Part shown: one piece after another, positions 1-8,142 of the stretch
How the letters are laid out: each line of letters begins with the position of its first letter
Position numbering within the stretch: position 1 is the stretch's first letter
Virus record (IMG/VR): IMGVR_UViG_3300001528_000136
Span: 1 to 58,905 of that record
DNA: 58,905 nt
Source: a virus
Lineage: Duplodnaviria; Heunggongvirae; Uroviricota; Caudoviricetes
Reading direction: 5' to 3' (one strand)
Made by a program: the position numbers and the translations under genes
The notes under the pieces: generated by a model
Databases searched by the model: none
What the model saw: only the letters and a program-made list of their open reading frames with translations
Told to the model about the DNA's origin: nothing

Positions 1-1
1 G

Positions 2-75
2 TGGACCAGCTAGGGCTTGAACCTAGGACCTCCAGATTATGAGTCTGTTGCTCTAACCAACTGAGCTACAAGTCC
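2..75 (-). tRNA. tRNA with CAT anticodon (Ile2/lysidine type more likely than Met)
   Basis: Reverse complement GGACTTG-TAGCTCAGTTGGTTAGAGC-A-ACAGA-CTCATAA-TCTGG...GGTTCAAGCC...CTGGTCC-A folds as a cloverleaf. C4-G69 and the TTCAAG T-loop resemble Ile2 tRNAs. Confidence 0.9.
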
Positions 76-185
76 TTAAAAATGTGCTTAGAGGGCATTA
101 CTTCTCTTCCTGCTGCTAAGCCGTGCATTTTACACCAAAGCACTTCGCGATTTTAAGTATTATTAGCTCTCCAGCTATTAAATAG

Positions 186-259
186 TACTCCTGCTGTGGC
201 TCGAACACAGAACTTACGCTTTAGAAGAGCGTTACTCTATCCAATTGAGTTACAGGAGC
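186..259 (-). tRNA. tRNA-Arg(TCT)
   Basis: Reverse complement GCTCCTG...ACGCT-CTTCTAA-AGCGT...TTCGAG...CAGGAGT-A is a cloverleaf with anticodon TCT. AGA is the Arg codon seen most often in the genes here. Confidence 0.92.
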
Positions 260-350
260 ATATCCTTGTAATAAAATTACAAGGAATAACTAATTATCCG
301 CCAGTTACCAACGATAGATATTGTTTAATATAATTTGTAAAAAATGATGA

Positions 351-563
351 TTAATCATTTGACATTTTAGTTACAGTTATATACCATTTGCCATTAAATT
401 TAACAGCATCTGTACTAACTATAGATGTACCTATAACTGTGTTTTCACAATTAACTACATCTTCATATTCTCTATCCCATTCTACAAGTAACTTAGTTGC
501 TTCTTCTTGGGATTTAACTACAGCACTCTGAGTACTAATAGTTGAAACTCTTTCTATTTTCAT
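351..563 (-). CDS. hypothetical protein (70 aa)
   Basis: ORF track; ATG to TAA; co-oriented with the left-arm genes. Confidence 0.7.
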   Translation of the reverse strand: MKIERVSTISTQSAVVKSQEEATKLLVEWDREYEDVVNCENTVIGTSIVSTDAVKFNGKWYITVTKMSND

Positions 564-772
564 CTTATTTAATATTAATAGTGTTACTAATTATATTGTG
601 ACAATTACTTAGATAAGTTACTTATTGTTTCTAATTAAATAGTGTAATACTAGAAAGGTGTTTCACAACAGCAAACTAGTATATAGTACACTATTAACTT
701 TACAAAGTGAAAAAATGTTAATTCAAAATATGAATCTCCAAAATTATTCAGCCTAGAAACAATACATTTATA

Positions 773-1231
773 TTAATCATCAAAAAATGAATTCTTGGAT
801 ATGTCTTCAAGTCTATATCTAATAGCTTCTAGTTTAGATAGTCTATCAAATGTAGGCTTAGTAGCTTTCTCTAAAGCATCTACTATTTGTTTAACTAAAG
901 CATTATGTGCTTTATCTCTGACTATTTTATAAGCTAACTTAGGGTTATCTGCATCACCTTCATGCAATGTGATTTTAGCTACATACACCACTTTAGGATT
1001 TTCTAAAGAGAAACCCAAATGAGCCAGACATTTAGTAAATATCTTAACTTCTCTAGATACTTCAAACCCTATAGCAAATTTATCAGTTTCTCCTGTTATA
1101 TCTACAACATGCATCTTCTCAAATAAATTGAGAATGTAAGAGAGGTCAGCTGTCACAGTGCAAATTGTGGTAGGAATTTTATTTCCTGCTTTACGCTCTA
1201 CTTCATATTTAATATTCTTAATTGTTTGCAT
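773..1231 (-). CDS. hypothetical protein (152 aa)
   Basis: ORF track; AT-rich leader; ends in TAA. Confidence 0.8.
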   Translation of the reverse strand: MQTIKNIKYEVERKAGNKIPTTICTVTADLSYILNLFEKMHVVDITGETDKFAIGFEVSREVKIFTKCLAHLGFSLENPKVVYVAKITLHEGDADNPKLAYKIVRDKAHNALVKQIVDALEKATKPTFDRLSKLEAIRYRLEDISKNSFFDD

Positions 1232-1278
1232 TTTAATTAATTATTAGAGTTATTAAATAAGTACTAATTGATTACTAA

Positions 1279-1458
1279 TTAAACTATCTAATCAAGTTCT
1301 CCATATTCTTTCAATACTTCATCGGGTATTACATCATGCCTTACAAATCTTTTAAATTTGAGGTCATCATTTCTGTGAAAACTTGTATTGTAATAGATTA
1401 TCCAAACTAGATACAATAATAAACTAATCATTACAAATGAAAATAAAAACTTAATCAT
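1279..1458 (-). CDS. small membrane protein (59 aa with TAG=Gln, 56 aa if TAG is a stop)
   Basis: Manual translation MIKFLFSFVMISLLLYLVWIIYYNTSFHRNDD...; one N-terminal hydrophobic helix. Confidence 0.6.
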
Positions 1459-1582
1459 TTACTTTTAATTAAAAAGTTATAGTGAATCTAATTCTGATTA
1501 ATCTAATTAGTTAGGAACTAATATATTACTATACTAAATTCCTAACTATGTGTTTAACTAACAATCTTGGTCAGCACTTTGA

Positions 1583-2065
1583 TTAGTCTTTCTTGTTATA
1601 GAGAGCAATTGAAGTATTAATCACATACTCTAATACAACACTAATTAAGTGAGCAAATGTTATAGTCTGACTTGTTAAGTCTTTGTTTACTGGTTTAACC
1701 CAATACAAAGACTTCTGAATTTGACACCACCCATGAGCGGTAATCTCATCCCACTTCTCATCCTTGATAAGCTGAATAGTCTTTTTAATAACATCATAAG
1801 ATAGTTGGTTATAGGTATTCACAGCTTGGTCTACTGTTACATAGGTGATAGAATGCTCATTTATTTCAATGAGTCTTTCGGTGTTCTCTACTACTTTAGA
1901 GAAACATACAACAGCTCTCTTATCAAGAGACTGTATCAATACATTCTTAAATGTATGTAGTACAATCTCAGGTTCAGGAACAGTAAATTTCTCTACTAAT
2001 TCCTCATTAACTACTAAAGTTGACACTAACTGTGGTCCATCTTGACCAAATTGAATCTGTTTCAT
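1583..2065 (-). CDS. hypothetical protein (160 aa)
   Basis: ORF track; ATG to TAA. Confidence 0.8.
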   Translation of the reverse strand: MKQIQFGQDGPQLVSTLVVNEELVEKFTVPEPEIVLHTFKNVLIQSLDKRAVVCFSKVVENTERLIEINEHSITYVTVDQAVNTYNQLSYDVIKKTIQLIKDEKWDEITAHGWCQIQKSLYWVKPVNKDLTSQTITFAHLISVVLEYVINTSIALYNKKD

Positions 2066-2168
2066 ATTATTTATTTATTATTTAATTACTATGACTCTTT
2101 GTGAGCCATTTCCCATTCCATTTATTGTAAGTAATAACTAGTATATACTAATTAGTTATAACTAATTG

Positions 2169-2357
2169 TTAATGAACTCTTACATTCACTATTTTCTTTT
2201 TAATGCCTGAACAATTTAGACTGTTCTTAATCTGAACAGCTATTTTATCTTTCCACATTCCTTTGTTAAATGTCTTGACATAGAAATGTCCAGTAAATTT
2301 TTCACCATCTACATTAGTACATGTAGCCATTACTTCAATCTCGTTAATTAATCCCAT
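2169..2357 (-). CDS. hypothetical protein (62 aa)
   Basis: ORF track; preceded by a copy of the pseudoknot motif at 2419-2448. Confidence 0.7.
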   Translation of the reverse strand: MGLINEIEVMATCTNVDGEKFTGHFYVKTFNKGMWKDKIAVQIKNSLNCSGIKKKIVNVRVH

Positions 2358-2418
2358 TGTTCTAATCTATTTAGTTAATATTTATGAGTCTGTTAAGTAA
2401 ACTATCAAATAATTGAAT

Positions 2419-2448
2419 TAAGGCAGTTTTATGACATACCATAGGTCA
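2419..2448 (-). promoter_or_regulatory. H-type pseudoknot leader motif, variant copy
   Basis: Reverse complement TGAC-C-TATGGTA-T-GTCA-TAAAAC-TGCCTTA. Same architecture as the copies at 3777, 6439, 6829 and 7189, with compensatory changes. Confidence 0.55.
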
Positions 2449-2515
2449 ACTTCTAGTTATACTCTAGAGTAAGAGTCAAATATCGTAACTAATTTTTAGT
2501 AATCTAGAAAATCAA

Positions 2516-2725
2516 CTACTTAGTAATTGGTTTAGTATCTTCTATAATTGTAATACTAGGATTGTATATTTCCACAAAAGGATTACGATTTATGCCATAA
2601 GTGCTAAATATATTAGCAGCAGCTTGATTATTATTAGCTAATTTAGCAAACTCTGACATTATTTGTATAAATTTAGCTATATCAGCTTTAGTTAGAGATA
2701 TATGTGATATATTATTTATTTTCAT
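2516..2725 (-). CDS. hypothetical protein (69 aa to TAG; 98 aa to TAA at 2429 if TAG is read as Gln)
   Basis: ORF track; the 3' end depends on which code applies. Confidence 0.55.
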   Translation of the reverse strand: MKINNISHISLTKADIAKFIQIMSEFAKLANNNQAAANIFSTYGINRNPFVEIYNPSITIIEDTKPITK

Positions 2726-2777
2726 ATTTATTTAGTTAAGTATTAGAAATGTGTTGAACTAACTAAAGTTAGACTAA

Positions 2778-3266
2778 TTAATAGCCTAACTCTAGATAAT
2801 TAGATATAAGTCTCTCGGCTTCTCTAACCTGCCATTTTATAGCATTAGTCAGACAAGCTCTGTACTGACCTAAAATAAGGTCATAGCATAGAACTTCATT
2901 TGAGATACCAAAACCATTACCAGCCATAGTCTCATCTCTATGCTTTTCCCAGAATGGAATGTTATCAGTATTCAAACCCCAGATGTCACCAAGATATACT
3001 TCATCTGGACGCATCGTGATTATGTCCTTAGTACGGAAAAATCCATACTTATCTGGTCTAGTATTCTGATTCTTGAAACCATCATTCCACATCTTCTTAT
3101 GAATGGTCATCAAATCTTCTAGAGTATGACAATCATTGATAGCATGAAGATACTGGTCTTTCATACCACGAATACGCTTCTGGTCTTGCATATCAAAGAA
3201 ATTAGCATTAATCTCTTTAGTTTTGAACAATCTGTTAATCCATGAGTTCTTAATAATCTTTTTCAT
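2778..3266 (-). CDS. hypothetical protein (about 162 aa)
   Basis: ORF track 2778..3299; ATG at 3266 (MKKIIKNSW) preferred over the upstream TTG. Confidence 0.8.
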   Translation of the reverse strand: MKKIIKNSWINRLFKTKEINANFFDMQDQKRIRGMKDQYLHAINDCHTLEDLMTIHKKMWNDGFKNQNTRPDKYGFFRTKDIITMRPDEVYLGDIWGLNTDNIPFWEKHRDETMAGNGFGISNEVLCYDLILGQYRACLTNAIKWQVREAERLISNYLELGY

Positions 3267-3563
3267 ACTTTGTAAAGTTTTAATTGTTGTAATTAACAAC
3301 GTTAGTTAATAATGTGAATTGTACTAAATAGGACATTAGTAAATAACTGTAATTAGCTATTTAATCTCACTCACCACGTAAAGGTTTCCTATCCTAACTA
3401 ATTACGTAGTAGTAACTAATTAGTTATTAGAGTGAGATTTTACCGTCATTTGGATTGGAGAACGACGGAAGGAATTTCAACCTTTGGATGCCTACTATTA
3501 TTCAGCATATTAAATGGAATTAAAGAGTAATTAAATAACAGAATATGTTCTGCTATTGTGGAA

Positions 3564-3740
3564 TTAATATTTTATCTTATAATCTTTCCATAATAAAACA
3601 GCATGTGTAATAGCTGCTATTAAGATAAAGAACAAGATAATGAATGCTCTACTGTTACATACTATCATCATGTAGGTCAACATACCCAGTAAGATGAGTT
3701 CTATTATTAAACTAATCCAGAAGAATACACGAGTTACCAT
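3564..3740 (-). CDS. small two-TM membrane protein (58 aa)
   Basis: Manual translation MVTRVFFWISLIIELILLGMLTYMMIVCNSRAFIILFFILIAAITHAVLLWKDYKIKY*; preceded by the pseudoknot motif. Confidence 0.65.
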   Translation of the reverse strand: MVTRVFFWISLIIELILLGMLTYMMIVCNSRAFIILFFILIAAITHAVLLWKDYKIKY

Positions 3741-3776
3741 AATGTAAAGTTAATGTTACAATGATTTAACTAAAAG

Positions 3777-3804
3777 TAAGCAGTTTATACACTTGCTTAG
3801 GTGT
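3777..3804 (-). promoter_or_regulatory. H-type pseudoknot leader motif
   Basis: Reverse complement ACAC-C-TAAGCA-A-GTGT-ATAAAC-TGCTTA; stem 1 covaries (ACAC/GTGT versus AGAC/GTCT). Confidence 0.65.
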
Positions 3805-3855
3805 CCCTAAAAGAGCATATCTTGATGTGGAAGCTTTTAAGTAAATAGTTATTAA

Positions 3856-4155
3856 TTAAATAATAGCATAATTAGATAGTTTAAATAATGCTATATCTAG
3901 TTTAACTATTGACATCTTTCTTACTGTGAATTTGCCATTGATTATAAGTGACATCAACTTGAATGTGTTTGGAGTATAATCTAATCCACATTCTCTAATT
4001 AATTGATTCACTGCATAATTATGTGACTTACGATTAGCAATTGACATATTATGATATTTATATATATTATATTGCCAATTCTTATGTTCTTTCTCTCTAA
4101 TTTTATTATCGTAGAGAGTGTAAACTTGTAATAATGTACTATTTCCTGTTATCAT
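3856..4155 (-). CDS. hypothetical protein (99 aa)
   Basis: ORF track; ATG to TAA. Confidence 0.7.
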   Translation of the reverse strand: MITGNSTLLQVYTLYDNKIREKEHKNWQYNIYKYHNMSIANRKSHNYAVNQLIRECGLDYTPNTFKLMSLIINGKFTVRKMSIVKLDIALFKLSNYAII

Positions 4156-4501
4156 ATCTTGTAATTTAGAGTTATTATACTATTGTGATTTATTGTAAAT
4201 AATTAGAGTAATTTAAAATAAATTATAATTGTTCTCACTCTGAGTTCTAACCTCAGTACAATAGTTTTATTTAAGTGAGAATTTTTGTTTTATAATATAT
4301 TATTAGTTGACCTATACACTAAAAGGTTTTTAATCCTTAATTAATTATGATACTAAATTATAATATATAAAGTGATAAAAGTTGGGACTAGTACATAGCC
4401 AAACTGGTCAAAAACGAATGATATTGGGTAAGTAGCAAAAAGCAGTCACTTACTCCATTGCCATTTTCAGCTCGCTAGAATGTAGTATTATGTCCATTAA
4501 C

Positions 4502-4738
4502 TTAGCACTATTCACATAAATAGCACTGTTTCACTATCCACTTACGTTCTCCTGTCTTTAGTGTTTCATACAATTGTAATTGCCACCAACATTCACGAGA
4601 TGGATATTTTGTGAGGTCTTGTTTGACTTTGTAGAACTTATACTCAGAAACCAATAACTGTTTAGCTACTTTATGAGCTTTTATAGTTATTAGTTTCCGA
4701 GATAGTAAGTTATGATGGTGACCTTTGTAGATTACCAT
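4502..4738 (-). CDS. hypothetical protein (78 aa with TAG=Gln, 76 aa otherwise)
   Basis: The ORF track ends at TAG 4508; TAA follows two codons later. Confidence 0.6.
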
Positions 4739-4748
4739 CTCAGTTAGT

Positions 4749-5315
4749 TTAAGCTACAAAATCATAATGATAGAGAGCTTTCTCAATCAATTTGCTATGG
4801 TCTGGTTGACCATCCTTGAAACCTGTAGTTTTCATTGGAGTCTTAGAAGTAATCTTGACCTTCTTACCTGCCAATGCCTCAACACCCTTCTGAGTATCAC
4901 TCTTCACAATGTTGCCATTAGCATCCTGGTCAGCCTGACCACGAGACTTCAAGAACTCAGTAACTGCTGTTCCTTCTGGATAGACAACCTCCCCTGTACG
5001 ATACAAGTTATGGTCTTTATCCTCATCCCATACAAAGATAGGATTCTGGAATGTAGTTGGGAACCAGTTGATAGCACGTGTTGTACCATCAGGAGCTTGA
5101 ACTTCAATAACCATAAACTCGTAGTCATTACCGTTGAACTCTCTGGAACCAATTCTCTGACCCATTTCGGATACTGTTGGAAAGATGAGAATATCACCTT
5201 CATTCAAAGCTGCACCACCATCAAAAACTGGCTTCATACCATTAGTGAATGCACCAAGTCCCATCTTCATTGAACCATCAGAACTGTTTGCGTTGATTCT
5301 TTCAATAACTGTCAT
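4749..5315 (-). CDS. hypothetical protein (188 aa)
   Basis: ORF track; AGGAG-like leader; no in-frame TAG. Confidence 0.85.
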   Translation of the reverse strand: MTVIERINANSSDGSMKMGLGAFTNGMKPVFDGGAALNEGDILIFPTVSEMGQRIGSREFNGNDYEFMVIEVQAPDGTTRAINWFPTTFQNPIFVWDEDKDHNLYRTGEVVYPEGTAVTEFLKSRGQADQDANGNIVKSDTQKGVEALAGKKVKITSKTPMKTTGFKDGQPDHSKLIEKALYHYDFVA

Positions 5316-5451
5316 AATTAAATCTCCTATAATTTTAAATTATTGTAGTCTCTTGTTACTAACTAGTTAATACATAACTAATTATATAAGATTTGCTACC
5401 ACAATCAGATTTTATACTTATCTGTTGCTAATATACAATAGGTGCTTATAC

Positions 5452-5526
5452 ATGGCTATTTTTACCTATTTATGGCTATTTTTACCTATTTATGGCTATT
5501 TTTACCTATTTATGGCTATTTTTACC
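5452..5526. repeat. 20-bp tandem repeat ATGGCTATTTTTACCTATTT x 3.75
   Basis: Perfect copies at 5452, 5472 and 5492, partial copy at 5512; intergenic. Confidence 0.95.
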
Positions 5527-5582
5527 CCATTTTTATTGAGATAAATATTTACTCCCACTATTAAGTAACGAGAGTAATTAAT

Positions 5583-5618
5583 AAAAAGAAAGAGGGAGAT
5601 TAATGTTCTCCCTCTTTC
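5583..5618 (-). terminator. intrinsic terminator
   Basis: 12-bp stem GAAAGAGGGAGA/TCTCCCTCTTTC followed by a T-run on the minus strand, downstream of 5686..5985. Confidence 0.7.
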
Positions 5619-5685
5619 AAGTTATTTAATCCATCTATCATTGCATCTATATAATCATAAAGCAAATCTTCTTTCTCTTCTTCCG

Positions 5686-5985
5686 TCATATCTTCTCAAA
5701 TTTATAGGTAACGACGGTGCGATAAAAACCTTCTTTAATCATTTTCTCACTTGTTGTAAATCCTTTATATAAAACTTTAGTATGTTTGTAAACATCTTCA
5801 AGCTCTTCAAAAGAACTAACTTCAAATAGTTTTACTAGCTCCCAAGGATTAATAATAAAATTAATGCCATTGTAATTTACAATAGCACATGGAACTCGAC
5901 AGGTAGGAATATAAATTAAACCTACAAAAGTCACTACCGTGTTTGGTAGTATGCACTTATAAAGCAAAGGTATTTGTGTGTGCAT
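5686..5985 (-). CDS. hypothetical protein (99 aa)
   Basis: ORF track. Confidence 0.65.
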   Translation of the reverse strand: MHTQIPLLYKCILPNTVVTFVGLIYIPTCRVPCAIVNYNGINFIINPWELVKLFEVSSFEELEDVYKHTKVLYKGFTTSEKMIKEGFYRTVVTYKFEKI

Positions 5986-6041
5986 AATATATTCAATTCC
6001 ACCACACTAGAGCTGAATTGAGAACGGCTTTAAGTTGTTAT

Positions 6042-6410
6042 TTATATTTCCTCAATAAAAACCTTGACATCAGGGTCACTTGTCCAAGCAGCTAACACTC
6101 CATGTTGTCTTGCAAAGTCATAAACCTCTAAGTTGTATTTCTTAGAGATGACAGCTCTAACGTTGGCAAGAGTTTCCTCACTTGTATTAGGTATAGTAAA
6201 CTCTAATGAGCATTCATGGAACACGTGAGTACCTCTAAGAGTAACGATAAACGTAGGTCGTGGTGTTGGTAAAGTTGCATTTAGATAATCTTTGATTTCG
6301 ATTGGTAATGGATGATTGTTAATCCACTCATCAACTTTTTCCTTGTTGTAACCGTCAACTGCGACCATAGCTACAAATGAACATAGGTCAATAATCTGTT
6401 TTGTATTCAT
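6042..6410 (-). CDS. hypothetical protein (122 aa)
   Basis: ORF track; preceded by the pseudoknot motif at 6439. Confidence 0.8.
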   Translation of the reverse strand: MNTKQIIDLCSFVAMVAVDGYNKEKVDEWINNHPLPIEIKDYLNATLPTPRPTFIVTLRGTHVFHECSLEFTIPNTSEETLANVRAVISKKYNLEVYDFARQHGVLAAWTSDPDVKVFIEEI

Positions 6411-6438
6411 AATCTTTATTATTAGTTAATAATGTTAT

Positions 6439-6466
6439 TAAGCAGTTTAGAGACTTGCTTAGGTCT
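6439..6466 (-). promoter_or_regulatory. H-type pseudoknot leader motif (identical copy 1 of 3)
   Basis: Reverse complement AGAC-C-TAAGCA-A-GTCT-CTAAAC-TGCTTA; stem 1 is AGAC/GTCT and stem 2 is TAAGCA/TGCTTA. Confidence 0.7.
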
Positions 6467-6473
6467 TATGGGA

Positions 6474-6797
6474 TTAATCCATATTAGGACCTGTCATATT
6501 CCAAAGAACAACATCATCTGAAATAATCTTGTCAATTACGTCAGAAAGTTGCTGAACAGTGATAGGTTCAAGGTCTCTTGATGCAGCCATAAAGATGTGG
6601 TCTGCAATCATAGAGAGCTTCCACTCTTCTACACTATGAGCTGCACCACGTGGTACTTCATTCACTACAAAAGTTACTTTATCGCCAAGGTTAACAGCAA
6701 ACTCATTATTCTCTTTATTATTATAAATCAAAGAGATAGTAGAGTTAGCAACTGAAGGAATGTCCTTAATCAAATTCTTAATAATATTAGTAATCAT
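6474..6797 (-). CDS. paralog A of a tandem three-gene family (107 aa)
   Basis: N-terminus MITNIIKNLIKDIPSVAN and C-terminal IDxIIxxDxVLWNM are shared with the next two genes. Confidence 0.85.
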   Translation of the reverse strand: MITNIIKNLIKDIPSVANSTISLIYNNKENNEFAVNLGDKVTFVVNEVPRGAAHSVEEWKLSMIADHIFMAASRDLEPITVQQLSDVIDKIISDDVVLWNMTGPNMD

Positions 6798-6828
6798 AAT
6801 TGTAAATATATAAAATGAATAATGTTAA

Positions 6829-6856
6829 TAAGCAGTTTAGAGACTTGCTTAGGTCT
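6829..6856 (-). promoter_or_regulatory. H-type pseudoknot leader motif (identical copy 2 of 3)
   Basis: Identical to 6439-6466; 32 nt upstream of ATG 6797. Confidence 0.7.
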
Positions 6857-6863
6857 TATAAGG

Positions 6864-7157
6864 TTAGTCATTCATGTTCCAAAGAACAATATCAGAATTG
6901 ATAATGGCATCAATTCTATCTGACAATGTCTGTAGTGGTTTACCCACGGAATCGAGGAAAGCTTGAACTATCTGTCTCTTCTTGTATATCTCAATAGATA
7001 TAGAAGTTTCATATGATAGGTTAGATAAAACGATAGTAACTTTGCCAACGTAGAATGTAATCTCTGTTTGGTCAGCGTTTAAATCGCCTTGTCTTAAATC
7101 TAAGTTAGCAACTGAAGGAATGTCCTTAATCAAATTCTTAATAATGTTTGTAATCAT
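6864..7157 (-). CDS. paralog B of a tandem three-gene family (97 aa)
   Basis: Same conserved termini; diverged middle. Confidence 0.85.
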   Translation of the reverse strand: MITNIIKNLIKDIPSVANLDLRQGDLNADQTEITFYVGKVTIVLSNLSYETSISIEIYKKRQIVQAFLDSVGKPLQTLSDRIDAIINSDIVLWNMND

Positions 7158-7188
7158 AATGTAAAGTATTTAATGTTAATAATGTTAT

Positions 7189-7216
7189 TAAGCAGTTTAG
7201 AGACTTGCTTAGGTCT
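7189..7216 (-). promoter_or_regulatory. H-type pseudoknot leader motif (identical copy 3 of 3)
   Basis: Identical to 6439-6466; 32 nt upstream of ATG 7157. Confidence 0.7.
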
Positions 7217-7223
7217 TATAAGG

Positions 7224-7556
7224 TTAGTCGCCCATATTCCAAAGGACTACATCTTGATTAATGATGTCATCAATCTCATCTGCCATAGTTGCAAGAGTGT
7301 AAGGCTTGCCGTCCTTGTTACCCATATGGTCGTATTGTGTAGCTACTAGATATAGGAAGTCGGCAATCATTTGCTTCTTGTAGTCCTCAACAGATGTAGG
7401 AGCACCTTTTGGAATGTTAGTAACAACAATGGCAACATCATTCTCAGTTATGAAATAATATAAACCATTATCTCTATTGTCTGCCATAAGACGAATAGTA
7501 GAGTTAGCAACTGAAGGAATGTCCTTAATCAAATTCTTAATAATATTAGTAATCAT
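7224..7556 (-). CDS. paralog C of a tandem three-gene family (110 aa)
   Basis: Same conserved termini; diverged middle. Confidence 0.85.
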   Translation of the reverse strand: MITNIIKNLIKDIPSVANSTIRLMADNRDNGLYYFITENDVAIVVTNIPKGAPTSVEDYKKQMIADFLYLVATQYDHMGNKDGKPYTLATMADEIDDIINQDVVLWNMGD

Positions 7557-7592
7557 AATGTAAAGTATTTAATGTTAATAATGTTAATTAGT

Positions 7593-7624
7593 AAAAGAGG
7601 GAAATCCAATATGGAAATCCCTCT
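7593..7624 (-). terminator. possible terminator or processing hairpin
   Basis: Imperfect stem AGAGGGA...TCCCTCT with a short T-run, just after the stop of 7633..8142. Confidence 0.4.
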
Positions 7625-7632
7625 AATTAGTC

Positions 7633-8142
7633 TTACTTGGCTACGATGCCAAGCATAGTTTTGGTGTACTTTCTACCCTCATAAGCACAATCATATGAGA
7701 GTTTGGTGAATTTCCAATTGCCAACCACATTAAAGTGGTCAACAATCTCCTTAAACCAAGACTCGATGGTCTTATCGGCACTCGCTGTGTTGCGAGCGAA
7801 GGTATGTAACTCGTCATTAGGAGTGGCGAAGTCTTTAAACTCGCCTTGTGCATCTACTATCGCAATATCCTCTGTGAGCAAGTCCCATTGAAGAAGAGCA
7901 AACTCTGCGTGTTCCTTCCCACCATAGAAAGGAATAATGCCGCAATAGCAGTTCTCTGACCAAGAACGGTCACGCTTTTGATATCGCAAATCGTCATGAT
8001 AGACAAATTTAAAGTCAGCAGGTAACGCATCAGGATAAGCAATCAGCAAGTTGTTGATTGCCATGTTGTTTCTGAGGTGCATATTCTCAGAACCATTAGC
8101 GTTTGACTTGTTAGCGTCATTGTTAATCATTACAGTAGCCAT
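7633..8142 (-). CDS. hypothetical protein (169 aa), first gene of the leftward unit
   Basis: ORF track; ATG to TAA; no in-frame TAG. Confidence 0.85.
   Translation of the reverse strand: MATVMINNDANKSNANGSENMHLRNNMAINNLLIAYPDALPADFKFVYHDDLRYQKRDRSWSENCYCGIIPFYGGKEHAEFALLQWDLLTEDIAIVDAQGEFKDFATPNDELHTFARNTASADKTIESWFKEIVDHFNVVGNWKFTKLSYDCAYEGRKYTKTMLGIVAK

Noticed and set aside
3455-3500. tRNA fragment on the minus strand (AAGGTTGAAATTCCTT...CCA)
   Set aside because: Only a T-arm-like hairpin; no matching acceptor, D or anticodon arms.
4767-5273. 168-aa plus-strand ORF, and other shadow ORFs at 1845, 2940, 4949, 5185, 7641, 7703 and 7857
   Set aside because: They are antisense or alternative-frame shadows of better-supported minus-strand genes.
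5452-5526. CRISPR array
   Set aside because: The repeats are head-to-tail with no spacers, and no cas genes are present.
6439-7216. CRISPR-like array from the three identical 28-nt repeats
   Set aside because: The intervening segments are 330-360 bp and are intact protein-coding genes.
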